A program made the translations under genes and the position numbers. Under the pieces are notes generated by a model that ran no database searches, was not told the origin of the DNA, and was given only the letters and a program-made list of their open reading frames with translations. A stretch of DNA of 61,890 nt, counting the filler, from Sphacelaria rigidula (lineage: Eukaryota): the NCBI GenBank assembly GCA_964200075.2. It is 11 parts of 11 records of this genome, joined end to end, with 100 filler letters (N's around TTAATTAATTAA, not from the genome) between each part and the next. Parts side by side here need not be neighbours in the genome. Positions count along the whole stretch, not along the records: positions 11,273 to 16,808 come from CAXNAA020026539.1; positions 16,909 to 22,444 come from CAXNAA020026540.1; positions 22,545 to 28,080 come from CAXNAA020026541.1; 8 more parts are not named here. The stretch is one strand, 5' to 3'. Positions 11,821-24,893 of the stretch are shown here, in pieces; positions within the stretch are counted from its first letter, which is position 1, and each line of letters starts with the position of its first letter.

Positions 11821-14800
11821 GTGTGCGCGCGCGTCCTTGTGTCGATAATGTGTGTTATTGTGGCAGGGCTTGTTTTTGTGTCTTGATGGCGGAAACGATC
11901 CTGCCTACCCTGTATATCGGGTTGCCTCTTGTTTGTTGCAGCACTTAATTATGTCTCGCACATTGATCACACGGCAATGGCTTTGCCTTCTTGTTCGTAT
12001 CGAGAGGCCAGCTGCGCAGTTATGCGCGCTGCCTGCAACGGAGGTGAGCGTTGATTGGCAGTTGAAAAAAAATCAAACGACTTTTTGTGCGGCGTTCTTC
12101 CTCTTGTTCCCTGTAGCAAACAGTAGCACCTCGAAACAGACCTGCACCTGCTCGGGTAAAATCATTACTATATTTTTTGTATGATGGTACAAGCACAGCC
12201 AGCATGATATGATATTTTTTCCAACACACAGACAGTAGTGGATTTGGAAAAATCGGCTCATAAACTTCTACAAGCAACACGCCCTTCCCGTGCTTCATAT
12301 ACTCCCTCTCCTGCCCCCCTCCCGCTTCTCACGCGATCATCGCAACAGCGCATTATCTTCTATTGCGATGCCGTATTACTGCAGCTCTTCTGTGGAAAAC
12401 CGCGAAAGCCCTCAACCCTGAGCTCCCCAAAGGCCGTATCGAAAATATGAACATGATGGAGTAACCGTACAGACGAGGCACTTACAGCTATTATCGCTGT
12501 CATGGTCAGTAGGACGAACGGTATAAAACGAACTTGTTGAGACCGAGACGGAGGGCGAGGGGGGGCATTCCATCGTTTTTACCCCAGCCGATCGATATGC
12601 TGCTGTCGAGCGCTCTGGTGCAGTCGAGCATTGTCCTTTCGTTGACGTGGTCTGCTCTTCCCGATGCAGCATCATTTTTTCTCCAAGCATCCCAAATCGC
12701 ATCCTGTGCTTTCTTTTCCATCTTGTGTTTCCGTTTGTTTTTTTCCGCGAAAAGCGTAACGGTTGTTTTCATCTACTTTTCCCTCGAAACTCGGAGGGAG
12801 GCGCCAGACAGAGACACTACTTGCGCGTTATACTACGTGCAGCAAGAGTATGCACGGATGGGTATAATTAAAGCCTCCAACACTGTCAGGAGCCCGCCAG
12901 CATCCCCTGCCCTTCACGCTGCGCAGCATGGCGTTATTGTCGACACCGGAGACTGAAGCGCTATTTTCTATCTAGTTCGGGCTCCACCCAAAGTGCTTAC
13001 AGTACGAGTAGGGATAGGATCACTCACCACTACTGTACAGGTACCGTGTACGCAGTCTTTCGCCCATTTTTGTACCCTCGTCGCTAGTCCAGGAACCGGT
13101 CAATCAATGCCTGTGGAGCACCGGTAGACAGACGCTGGGGAACACGTAACTGTCGCGATTTTCCCGCGCCCGTGACTAAGCATGGTACAGCAGCCCAATC
13201 CCGTACATGCACGTGGCCCAACTCAGAATATGAACCGTTGTTGGCTCTCGGCCAACCCTTGTGCATGTGGGGTGCGTCCCTGAAATAACCCGCTAAACTG
13301 TTGAACTACGAGTACAGGGAGAGATCACGGGATTCTCCTGTTAGACTGATGTCTGTTGTACCGGTTTTTACCTGTGTGCACGCACAGATGCTGGACACAG
13401 GAAGAACTGCGAAGAGCATGCAGTATGCATGAAGTACACGGTCACTGTGCGTAGGGATCATACTTACCCACAACTGCACTGCAGCTGCCTACGGCAAAGC
13501 ATCGCCAGTAGTCATCACGACGAAAAGTATTTTCCGGGCGGTGTAATCCTGCCCCTCGCGCGTTATGAATCTGGCCACTGTTTTGACGTCGAGCGGGCGC
13601 GACCTAACGGAGATAAGATCTGTTGTCTTGTCGAGATTTCCCTTCTCACATATACTTTCCATGTCGTAGCGCCATTGTAGCGTGTGCTGTTTGTTTAATT
13701 TCCCCTCCCTTTTTTCTTTTTTTGATTTGACCGTTACGTGTGCGTGGCTTATTCTTCCTCGGCGGCACGTATAGTTTGTACTTGATATCGCTTCCTGTCC
13801 CCAGCTGCCAAGACCATGCAGTAACGTTGTCGCGACTCTGACCACCGGCTGACTACCGTGATGTCTCTCTTGTGACCCATGTCAGCTGATTGACGATATA
13901 TACGGCAGTTCGAAAATAAACATGTATCCACAGCTGCTCCCAGCGTGAAACAAACGAAAACTCCTCCTCAAACCGTAGAAGACCGGGCTTCAGCCTCGCC
14001 CGGGCTTTTGACATGAAATGTTCACCACACGCAATTCTCTGAACAGCGCCTTCCCGCTGTTCATATCATATTTGTAGTGTCTACCTACTGTTCCTGTCCC
14101 ACGAACCACAAGCCACGAACAACCAAGCTGCGGCCAAATTCGTTTTCTGCGAGTACAGCGGAGTTATTAGCCCGTGGGGCGCGAGGCTACCTTTCGGAAC
14201 AATATCCGCGGCTGACGGTCGCGTCAAAGCTGTGACTTGAAAGGTTCTCTCTCCTTGCGAGGCTACTCATACTGGCCAACAGACCACTATTCTGTGGTCT
14301 ACCTCAATTTGTTTGTGCGATAGTTTTTACACCAGAGCATTAATTATTTCTATGCGACCTCCATCGGTGGGGTTCTTGTTCACCCTGTCACGGTCGTAGT
14401 CTGCACAACTCATGTCGAATCGGCATCATCTTCACTTGAAGAATGAACGTCCAATTTTTGGTATCAATCTGCGGGACCCTCGAGGGCGCTCAAACGGTGC
14501 TCGTAGCGGGGCTTGCTCTTCCCTCCTTTTTTCTGCCGGGATTTTGGTATGGTTGCTTTGATGGAGAAACAACGCTCACATATATAAAAAGGGCCGTTGT
14601 CATGCATGTGACGTGCGACAGAGGTTATCGTGTATGAGCCGGACAGCGAAACGAACATCCACCATCCCATGACAACAGATTTTATAACAGCACAGTACAG
14701 TACAGTCATTCGAAGCACTCCTAGTCGAGATCACGCCGAAGACCGCGCAACTAGCTGTCATGTGGTGTGTGTAGGGGTGCGTGCTCTAGGTGGCGCGTGC

Positions 14801-14896
14801 GGATGTGAGAGGGTGATGCTTTTATTCATGTGTCTTGAGGTTTGCAGAATTTTACTCCGCACCTTCACCAGGCAACTGAGCACGAGCGCAAGTCAA

Positions 14897-14995
14897 CCCT
14901 TTTGACCGCGAGCATAGCTCAATATTTGAATCAGCATCACTTTCACCTGAAAAAATTACTGCATGACTAGATGACCTCCCCCCGCGGTCAAGGGG
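14897..14995. mobile_element. ~100-bp piggyBac-like MITE (second copy 16030-16129; partial ends ~15357-15370, 15892-15905, 16283-16352, 16631-16690)
   Basis: TIRs CCCTTTTGACCGCG ... CGCGGTCAAGGGG flanked by TCAA/TTAA; CCC termini with TTAA are typical of piggyBac. Confidence 0.65.
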
Positions 14996-17284
14996 TTAAC
15001 CGGCGCATTACAAAAGCAATGCACATTGGCCGGTGGTGGTGAACTTGTCCCCCTCACAATCAACCCCCTGTTGCCCAAGCTAGAGTTCGCGGGTTGAGAA
15101 TTGGGTAAGGGGCGACGACCTCGGTCGGCTTTTCGCGCTTCGAAGTCGTGGGCAACGAACTCCCTGACAGTCCTGCCCTGAAATCCCATTGGTCGTGAGC
15201 GGTATAAGTTGTGCAAACGCGTTTCGGCGCCCAAGCGACCATATAGCGAGCATCGACTGCTACAGATCGGTCATCCTCCAAGTCCGGCGAGACCGTGAAA
15301 GGCCGGATTCTTCGGAGCAAAAAGCCGCAAGCCCTCAAAGGTTGACCCGCAAATTGGCGGTCAAAAGGTCACGTATCAACTCCTCGCGCGCCCAAGGCTT
15401 TGTATTCCGGGAATACCGCCCGACAGCCCCGCGGACGTGTGTACGTGGAGTATGATACTTGATGCGATACTGTCCCCTTTATGACCTCTGTGTTGGGCAC
15501 TAGAAATGAAAGAAGGATGCAACATGTACTTGACGGGGAGTGTGGCAAATCTTGCAGTCTACGTTCACGGTTGAGCGGGTGTGTTGGAGTCTGTGGGGCG
15601 TTCTGTATCACGCAGCATGCCTCTCACAGCTGTGTATACCAAAGGCTCCATCAGCAAAGTGGCCGCACCCCCTACACCACCCTATCCCGCGGAGATTGCT
15701 CCACTGTACTGTACGGTACGGTATGGACAATGACATGGACATGTTCGTGGCAACTGGCCGGGCGGGCTCAGACCCCCCCTGTTTTTTATGTAGGCGTTGT
15801 GTTTTTCATCACAACGGCTGAATAGAGCCTCCCAAAATGGGCGGATCAACAAATACCCACCTGCACGACTGGACGATACAGGAAGGAATGAGGCGTCAAG
15901 GGTTAGTCGGATCCATTGAACGCTCAGGTGCGTCCATCTATTGAACCGGCATCCTGCTCGCTTGGCAATTAAGCCGTATGACTCGGGTATCCTTGTGCGA
16001 GCGCTTCAGTGGGTCAACCTGTGTCTTCACCCTTTGACCGCCACATGGTAGTGTTCAACTAGCAATGATTTCATTCGAAATGTTTTCTCGCCTGAGAGAT
16101 CCACATGATTCACCCCGGCGGTCAAAGAGGGGCTGTCCTTCGCGGTACTATGCCAGAAAAAGTAGGGCATACGGGTATACCAATGGAGAGAAGCTTCGTT
16201 CACCGAGCGTTCTATTTTGAGCTCGTGTATTCCAATGCACCAGGACGTGCAAGGAGTTTGGGTACAACAGCCTCTCCGTGGTAATCCTTTGACCTCCAGG
16301 GTGGGTAATCTCTTATTACGCGCACCATTTTCATTCGAAAAAAGGATTTGTGAACCGGTGAAAAAGCCAACGCAGTCGTCACATGGTCATTTAGTTTCAG
16401 CTCGAGCTTTTGTACTGCCGATAATTTTACAAATTTGGGATCTCGAATAGCTCAGCCGAGGGAAGTAAAACAAGATGAAAATTGTGAATGCAGTATGGTT
16501 GGTTTCCACGCCATGGGAACGCTTCGGCTCACCACATCCACAACTAGGCTTGGGAAAAAAAAAAAAAGAATTACAACACGAACACCATTTTCGAGACGAA
16601 CTTGGTGCGTACATGTCATACAGTACGTTACCCCTTAGACCGCGAGGTTAGTCTTCTCTGGAATCGGCATCAATTTCAAGTGAAGAAAAGTATGCATGAT
16701 CCCGGCTTGAGTGTTGTTTTCATCCCGTGTTGCGCTTAGTGCGTGTCTTTCGCCCCTATCGCCGCAGCTGATCGGAGTATCTCGTAGTAACAGAATCGAC
16801 AAGGATTANNNNNNNNNNNNNNNNNNNNNNNNNNNNNNNNNNNNNNNNNNNNTTAATTAATTAANNNNNNNNNNNNNNNNNNNNNNNNNNNNNNNNNNNN
16901 NNNNNNNNGGAACAGGCGCCGCGAGACCTGTTGTGAATAAAACTTACTCATTTCCTGATCGTACTTTCGACGCTCGATTTCCCGGTAACATTGTTGGCTG
17001 TGCCGACAGAATATTGCACCATTGTACGAGATAAGTGTTGTGTCCATTAATGCAGGCACAACCCGCCGCAGAGAGCCTCGAAAAGCCTACTCTCAATCGC
17101 ACCATCCACTCTCAATCTCACGAAACTACTGTTATCAGTACAATGCTTGTGGCCTGTGAGTCTGAGGGAAGAAGTGCTGCAAACGCCTCTTCACCTCATG
17201 ATACTAACTCATCCAGACGAGTCTTCAAAACTGTTGCGATGAAAAAGAAATTATCAAAGAAGCGGAAATTGAGGCCTTTCTTTA

Positions 17285-19165
17285 CTCCTTCGTACCCTTG
17301 GATTTGAGCTGTTGTAGGCACCAGGAGCCACGTGGTGCTGAAGGGCTTAAGGTGTGTATAACTCTGAGCGGAGCTTGAGCTGCACGGGCCCAGGGTTGTC
17401 GATGAAGCGAACGAGGTAGGTATTTGGCGCGTGAGGGTCAACGGAGTGGATTTGGCCCAACCACTAGAGGTGTTCGCTGCCCATGTACCACAAGCAGGCA
17501 TCTTTAGGGAGCACGCCCTGTTTTGCACAGATCTTGTCACCCCATTGTTTTGTGGGTAGTAATTCGTAACCACCAGCAACAACACGTAGTCTTTTGTTGC
17601 GGTGAAGTTCGCGTGCTGCCGCGCCGCCGCGCATATTGCGATATTTCTTGTTGTCAGTGAGTTGTTGCTGTACGGGTTGCGTCCAGTAGAGGAGAATTGC
17701 ACGGCGGTGCAACTGAAGATCGGATTCGCGTTCCCAAGACGATCGCCGAAGGCCATGCCAGTGGGTCTTGTACATGACAACGATTTTGTCTCCTCGTCCG
17801 CGAGTTATCTAGTGTCGCCAACGGGTTTTCCATCAGGGGAAGGCGGCGATGGACCAACATACAAGATCTTGAACGGGCCTGTCCAGTTGAGCGATAACTT
17901 CGTCTTTAAAACTGTCTCGTTGGTAGCTTTGTCAGCGCCCTGAAAAACTGTTGTAAACCCACACCCAACTGCCAACCTTCCAGGTGAAACGTTTGTGCAT
18001 CAAGTTGTAGAGAGCGGTGTTGGATCTTTCAAGACGCGAGGCGTTAATAGCGTGTTGCTCCCGCACGAGGGTGAAGGCTTTGTGCTGTCGTGCGTGCGCG
18101 AGATCATGGTAGGACAGCTGATCCTGATCCAGGCCTTGGTGACCATCGAAGGTATGTCTTTCGAACACCGTGATGGGCAACCGAGGGTAGCGCCCTAGGT
18201 GCAGTTCATTCGGAGAAAGGCCAGTACCGGCGTTAACCGAGTTGTTGTATACAGCATAACATGCGAAAGGTGGAGGTCCCAATCGTTTTGATGGTCGTTG
18301 ACGACCATAGAGAGCATAGCATGTACCATAGTGTGGTTAACACGTTCAATACCACCGTTTCCATTGGGGTGCTAAGCGCTTGTGGCAATCTTGCAAATGC
18401 GAGCTTGTAGAGTGCACCGGAGAGGTCGGAACAAAAATGCGGACCATCGTCGAAGAGCAGTCGTTTCGGGCAGCCATAGTGCTTGATATAGTCGTGGATC
18501 AAAATGTCAGCTGTGCCTGCGGCTGTGAAGTCTCCACCGGTGAGAGCGTACATGGATGCATGGTGGCTGAAATGGTCAGTGAAGAGTAGAATGTAGGTGT
18601 TGCCGCGATCCGTAGGCGTTAACGGGCCGAAACAATCGAACGATACGAGATGGCCAGGGGCATTGGGCAGCGCCATAGAAATGACGGACCAACCTATTGT
18701 CCGGCGTGAGGTTTTGCAGGCTTGGCACTTGAAGCAACGCCGAATCCAAAAACGGACGGACATGTCCATACCGATCAACCAATAAAAGCATTCAAGAAGC
18801 GTGCGCGTGCGCGTGACTCTTAAATGACAGGAGAAATCAGAGTGACAGCCTTTCATCACCCAGGGGCGCATCAGAAATGGAACGTAGATGCGGGTGGGTT
18901 CGTCGTTGAGTAGGCACGCGTGGCGTCCAGTGGTCGCAGCTTAATGGGCACCCGACGAGGGCGTAGGGCGAGAAACGAGCAATGGATTACCGTCGTCAGT
19001 GGTAAAAATGGTGCCCTTTCGGGCTAGTTCATACACCTCCGAAGCGTTGGGTGGTGGCAGGGTGCCAACCGACGCACAAATACCGTCCGACATGGGGACA
19101 GGGGGGCCAAGCTGTAAGTACCGCATAGTCGCGCGGAATAAGGGTTCTACTTCTTGTTCACGAGC
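17285..19165 (-). pseudogene. Degenerate Gypsy family A integrase with HHCC zinc domain, core, GPF module, chromodomain and PWWP-like extension
   Basis: CHSDFSCHL...FYWLIGMDMSVRFWIRRCFKCQACK; SFDCFGPL...LLFTDHFS...LLFDDGPHF; WTGPFKIL; MYKTHWHGLRRSSWERESDL; collinear with 2972-4700. Confidence 0.9.
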
Positions 19166-20550
19166 CTAATCACGATGGGGGTAGCTGGCGAGGAATTCTC
19201 GCAGTTGGCCCTCTGCTGAAGAGCCAAGCGAGCATGGGGCTGTAGAGTGGTCCACCTCCACTACACGTACGTGCAGGTTCATGATGATTTACAACGATGT
19301 TCAGGGTTGTGCACGTTATCATTTCTTTGTGGAACATGACAGTACAAGGTCGTATATCACTACCGGCGGGACAACGGTAGCATGGACGTGATAGTCGGCG
19401 TCTACTGTTTGTCAAGCTCGCGTTCTACTTCGAGTAGTGCGGAGTTTTGGGGGTGCTATAGAGTAGTCCACCTCCAGTACACGTACGTGCAGGTTCATGA
19501 TGATATACAAGTGGAACAATCTGCTGTAGGCGTTTTCTATTGGTTGATGGACTTGCGGGTCTGATCGGCAGACTATGTGGATTTGAACATCACATGCTTC
19601 ACGCATGTGTTGACTTCCGTTAACAAAGACTGTGTGTTTGTGAATAACAAGCTGTCTTGAAGTCTGCAAGCCCTAGTGAGGGAGGAAGCCCTTGGAGTAG
19701 TCTTGTGACCTTGTTCTGAGTCCAGGAGGGCTCTATAATAAACGTTTATCAAGAGGAACCCGCTGGTTTCTGAAAGAGCTTTTTCAGCTGTGGGCAGCTA
19801 GGGAGAAATTCTATCAAAATTTGTACACAGTAGTGTGCACTCTGTAAGGTGAGGGAGCTCGCTGACAACAGAGGGACGGCTAGGTTGGTTGAAGCTGTTG
19901 CGTGCAGCTATGGCAGCGCGCAAGAAATTTGGGTGATGGCGATGCAGGCGAAGAGGTGAACTTTAAGTTTACTGAGCTTATGCCTGCAGGATCGCTGAAC
20001 GCCCCAGAATACGGACGGCATTTTCCTCGGAGCAGTCTTGTGACCTTGTTCTGAGTCCAGGAGGGCTCTACAGGGCACACCGTACGGCCTATAGCTATTC
20101 ATCAAAGCACAATACACACACAGGTTCATTTTCTGTAACTGCTGATTGGGAACTCACGTATTGATATCATCACATTACATCTACAAGCAGCTCTCCTACT
20201 CAGTACAGCCGGGGCGCAGCCATAGGAGCAGAGCGTAGTGATGGTGCCAGCGAGGCGAAGCCAGCAAGCGATCGAGGATGGGTCGGGTGGCATCTGGCCA
20301 CCGGAACCCAATGACAATAACAAACGCGATACAACGCTTCACGGAACCAAAGGTCTACGAGCAGACCCGCATATCGTAATATCTTGCAACGCCACTGAGC
20401 TTCATCACAATCGGGTAATCCGCCGCATTTTCCACCGAAGATCTCGGAACAGTATCTTAATCTTAACGCTCTTGCATTTCACGCTGTTTCCCATGAGTCA
20501 AATCACCACATGATCAACACCCTCCCTAATTTTGCACGTTGGGAACTCGA

Positions 20551-21024
20551 TGTCATGAGGAGCATATTAGCCTGTTGTCATGCCGCCTCAGACCTGTCGA
20601 TGAGTCCGGCTTTATATTTCATCCCACACTATATTAAGACTGCAGGTCTGTTTAGACTTGGTCAGATACGAGTGTAAACTTGTATAAAGCAGGGATGGTA
20701 ATGTGGACGGTACCCCTTACGCGGGCACTATATCCCATCACCAGCAAAGAAGTCTAGCATCACGGTGAGATTGACTGATTGAGCATGAAGAGTTGGATAC
20801 GGAGGAGTTCAAGATCAAGTAATCAAGAAGAGATATTATCATACCTACGCGTGACATTCTGATACCTTGGACACATAAATACGAGGGTGTTGCTCAGCGT
20901 TGAAAACACGCTGCAGGGTGCTTTTCCCTACTGTGCAGCTCGGTTATCTAGCCCATAGTCTGCCCCTCCCCCTGCCTTGCCTAGTGAGGCGTACTTGCCA
21001 TACACCAGATGCAACACCATTATA
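20551..21024 (+). mobile_element. LTR of Gypsy family A (opposite orientation to the nearby pol remnant; possibly solo)
   Basis: Starts TGTCATGAGGAGCATATTA and ends CCATTATA (decayed TACA); homologous along its length to 1899-2363; no TSD match. Confidence 0.85.
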
Positions 21025-21689
21025 TATTATGAACTTATGGCTAGTCGCCTTGGAGAAGGCAGTCTCAGTCCACCTTTGCCCTCATATGTTCTCACGAACA
21101 GAGGCTCAAGCCGTGTGTGCCAGAATTGCAATGCGCACAACTGGGTTCCGCGAATCAATACAGATCCAATAACAGTAGTAGCAGTTGAATCCAGGTGTTC
21201 ACACAAACAAAATAGATTATCTCCTTCTAGTTCACAATACGAACCAGAGCCCGTAGTTTCCCCACGACCACAAAACTCTCTGGTAAGGACTCACTTGGAA
21301 CTCAGAACAGCGGCGGCAAGGCTGATGATATCCTAGGCCCAAGATGGAGTGAGCTCGGATGGGCTCGGGGCGATGGTGTAACTACCTTACGCAGAAAATA
21401 TATCCGTATCAAATCATAATACAAAAACCAAAGCGCAGAAATCCTCCATCCAACGAACGTTCCGGGAACGCTTTCCGTTGTGCACATGACCGTTCAATGT
21501 GCAGCAGACATCAACCGTACTGTATCTCCCATCGACTATCCAGAACATCACATTGGATCTTCCAACAAGCTGACATGCCTCGACGGCCAACCAAGAGTCA
21601 CATCTAACGTTCATTTACTCCGACATCTGTACGTCCCGAGCGCTGCGGTACCTTATCGACGTTAGTTCCTTCAAATAACATAAAACAGC

Positions 21690-21842
21690 CTGGGTTCGTT
21701 TTTGAGTTTCAACATTTAATTGAGATTCAACGGACCATCAACATTTCATTTACTTTGTTCAAAAGGCTCGGGATTCGCAACCGCTTTCGACCATGTGGCC
21801 CTAACGCAGCAGTTTCTGCGCGGCAGCGAAAGCATGATGGTG
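21690..21842. repeat. Dispersed ~150-bp repeat (reverse copy 28185-28335)
   Basis: Shared AACGGACCATC...CATTTACTTTGTTCAAAAGGCTCGGGA.TCGCAACC...GCGAAAGCATGATGGTG. Confidence 0.8.
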
Positions 21843-22818
21843 AGGAGTCAAACAGAAACACCACCGTCATTCATTGTGCCGCATCTTTTGAGCAACCCCT
21901 CCCTGCGTCTAAGCGCTCCGGAACACGTAACAAAGCATGCTGGAAACATACTTATTTGGACTAGTCATCGAGTTTTCGAGCGCATCTTGTTGAGTATCTG
22001 AGAGAGACTTTATACTGGTGCGCCGGCGACGACCGCCGACAGCGAAACGATCCAATGCGGCGGCAGGTGCCAACGATCTTCGAAAGGCATCATCATTCAG
22101 CAGTCTGCTGAGATATACCGGTGCCCCATAATAAAGCTGCAGACACACACAACGGGGGTAAGGGTTAGCTCCACGCCTGGGGTTGTTTCGCCAGTAGTGC
22201 CCATGCGAGGCGCTTCATCCAGTCTGAACCAGCTATCACGCCTTGTATGGCTACCTCCACCGAGAACCGGTTTCGCGGTGGGCTGTTGAACAATACTTAG
22301 TCTACTGTAGTGCAACGCGCTTGAAGTTTTCTTTTTTAATTTAGAAGTCGCGGCAGCTGTAGTTCGAATATCCCTTCTGACGGTCCCAAACGGGATCTGA
22401 TGCAGCGACAGAAAGCGCTGGCACCTTCCCCCTCAGATGGGATTNNNNNNNNNNNNNNNNNNNNNNNNNNNNNNNNNNNNNNNNNNNNTTAATTAATTAA
22501 NNNNNNNNNNNNNNNNNNNNNNNNNNNNNNNNNNNNNNNNNNNNTGACTCACTTGAAGGGAATGATCAAAGCCACTCTCAATCGTATCATCTACTCTCAA
22601 TCTCACGAAAACACTGTTCCAAGTGCATGTTATCACAACTTGCTTGCAGGAGGAAAAGTAGTATGCGCAACGATTTTTTTTATTTTGCCATCTTCGACCT
22701 CGAAAGACGCTACTGATCCTCAACCCAAAAGTGCCGATCGCGCACCGCTGACAACTCAGCAACGAAGCGAGGGATTGGACTGTGGTTTCTTGCGTACGCT
22801 TCCCACACACCGAAGCTA

Positions 22819-22960
22819 TGTCGCCACGTTTGGTTTTTGCGTTTGCGCGTGATCCTGACGCGCAAATGAACTAAATAATACTAAAATAAGGTGTTTTCTG
22901 CTCTGGGAGGGGATTTTCGTGCCGATGACGCGACGCAAGCAAAATACCAAACGTAAGCCC
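22819..22960. mobile_element. Short Tourist/Harbinger-like MITE
   Basis: Imperfect TIRs ACGTTTGGTTTTTGC...GCAAAATACCAAACGT, right terminus ...AAGCCC, CTA on both flanks. Confidence 0.5.
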
Positions 22961-23247
22961 CTAGATCTTGTGTGTATCCGGGGGGCTGTCAAGTGCTGTG
23001 GACCGGCTTGCTTCCTGTGTCGAGAATCGCGCGATCTCCAGTGCTACAGCTTTCCCATACTACACCAACTGAATAAGTGATGAAGTGTGTGTTCTGTTCG
23101 TGAGGGCCTCGGCACAGGTCCGACCACCCACTGACGTGTTCATTATTCCTCCGCGTTATTTATTATTTTAAATATTGTACCGATTTTTGGTCGTTAGAGC
23201 CCCCATTCCTACCCATAACAGTAGTGAACAGACAGTTTATCAACCTG

Positions 23248-23796
23248 CAGTAGTGGGCGGTCTAACTATCCAGAAGTGTTTTGGGATATTCCTCGCGTAC
23301 GACTCTTCGATCGAACTCGAAATTGCTGGCCTCGGTAGATTTTGGTACAATAAACAGATCATCCTCGAAACACAGTGCCCAAGCCAGTGTTACTTGGTGT
23401 TATCGGCCGACACGAGCAAATACCCCGTTTATCGGGACGGTGCCACTGACCGTGAAACACATTTGTTCGGCTCTGGTGCAATGAGTAAATACAATTTCAA
23501 AAAAGTAACACTGAACATTTCTTCACAATATGATCGGGACAGGCTCGATCGACCGACAATACCGAAGAGTAAGAATCTGGGCTGAAACGTGGCAGGACCC
23601 CCGATGACCGGTCAGCCCGCAAGATACTCAATATTGACTACACATTATTTTTTTCTTTTGGGATGTAGGGCGAATACAAATATCATCAGATCCCGAATGT
23701 GATGAGCGGTGGCACGCGAAAAGAGCCCAAGAAAATCGCTAATTACGAAATAATCACAAAATGCCATAAAACGAATAGTTAGACCGCCTACTACTG
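23248..23796. mobile_element. Tc1/mariner-type MITE, ~550 bp
   Basis: TIRs CAGTAGTGGGCGGTCTAAC ... GTTAGACCGCCTACTACTG, TG/TA flanks; full-length homologue at 37134-37684. Confidence 0.85.
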
Positions 23797-24434
23797 TACA
23801 ACAGTAACCTCATGCTGTTTCTTGCGGAGAAATCCGTTTTCGGTGATTTTCCAACAACTTTGAGGGTGAAGATCTCCACCGTGCGTCCACGATACGACAT
23901 TAAAGTTGGTGCACTGGTCCGATATAACACAAGCAGCAAATGTGCCAAGCGGCGCTGCGTGCCGAGGCAATCGCAAGAAAATTATCGCGATTCCCGAATT
24001 TCTGGCTCAACGATCGAAACGTCGAAACGCGATCAAACACCACGCTTCACCGACGAAACCCCGTTCACCCGAAGTTGAAGGTCATGTGGACATGGTGCTG
24101 CAAGAGTTTCCACATCATGTGCGGCAGGGCAGCTCCTACGCTGGCGAACAATATACTGGGTACTTACTCTCTGCATGGTAACTTTATACAGAAATCACCG
24201 TTGGAGGATGTCCTGTACTGGTCCTGATTCTACTCGGCACAACCGCAGGTGTGCTGCCGGAGCTACGCGTGTCCTCTGAAGCTCAGTCAATAACCTCATG
24301 CAGATAGACCTCGAGTTACGTGCTGCAGCAGCGCGCAACGGGGCGAAAACAAGTCAGATTCTGTTGCAAAACAAACGTTTTCTTCTGCGGTTGCAGCACT
24401 GAACAGCGAAATCTGGACAAGCCGCACTCAGGTG

Positions 24435-24893
24435 TGTCGATTGTCGATTGTCGATTGATTGTCACAAATTAACTGATCCCCCAGGAGTCATGATCCAGCC
24501 GTGGTCATGATCCACATGATAGGTGTCCCGAGACAAAACAAAACGGAAGCGCGCGCTGAAGAAAAGTGCACGAAACAGAAAGGTGGACAGACACAGAGAG
24601 AGGGTGAGAGAGAGCACACAGGAGAAATGTACAATAAGCACAAAAAGCTTTTGATTATCATAGTAGTACTCCACCTTTCGTCGGCGGTGCTTACCATCCT
24701 TGTTATCGCGGTAAGGGTTCAGCGGTCCCTTTCCCTCGTCGACTGGGAAGATGAATTTTCTGTACCCATGATGTAGTGTCCCTGCACTGTTGGGCATGAT
24801 GTGAGAAAACAGCCCAGATCGTGTAAATCCCCGAGATTCGAAGCCACGTCCCAACCGTCAGAAGGTTCCGAGGTTCCCAACTGAGCTGCCGGG
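24435..24893 (-). mobile_element. tRNA-derived SINE
   Basis: Head with A-box-like GGCAGCTCAGTTGG and B-box-like GCTTCGAATCTC at tRNA-like spacing; 3' end TGACCACGGCTGGATC... plus a CAATC/CAATCGA repeat tail shared with 10926-10980. Confidence 0.7.

Noticed and set aside
17285..21024. LTR 20551-21024 as the 5' LTR of the 17285-19165 pol remnant
   Set aside because: PPT position at the other two copies shows this LTR is on the plus strand, opposite to pol.
24825..24893. Functional tRNA gene
   Set aside because: A/B boxes are present but no intact cloverleaf; it continues into a SINE body and tail.
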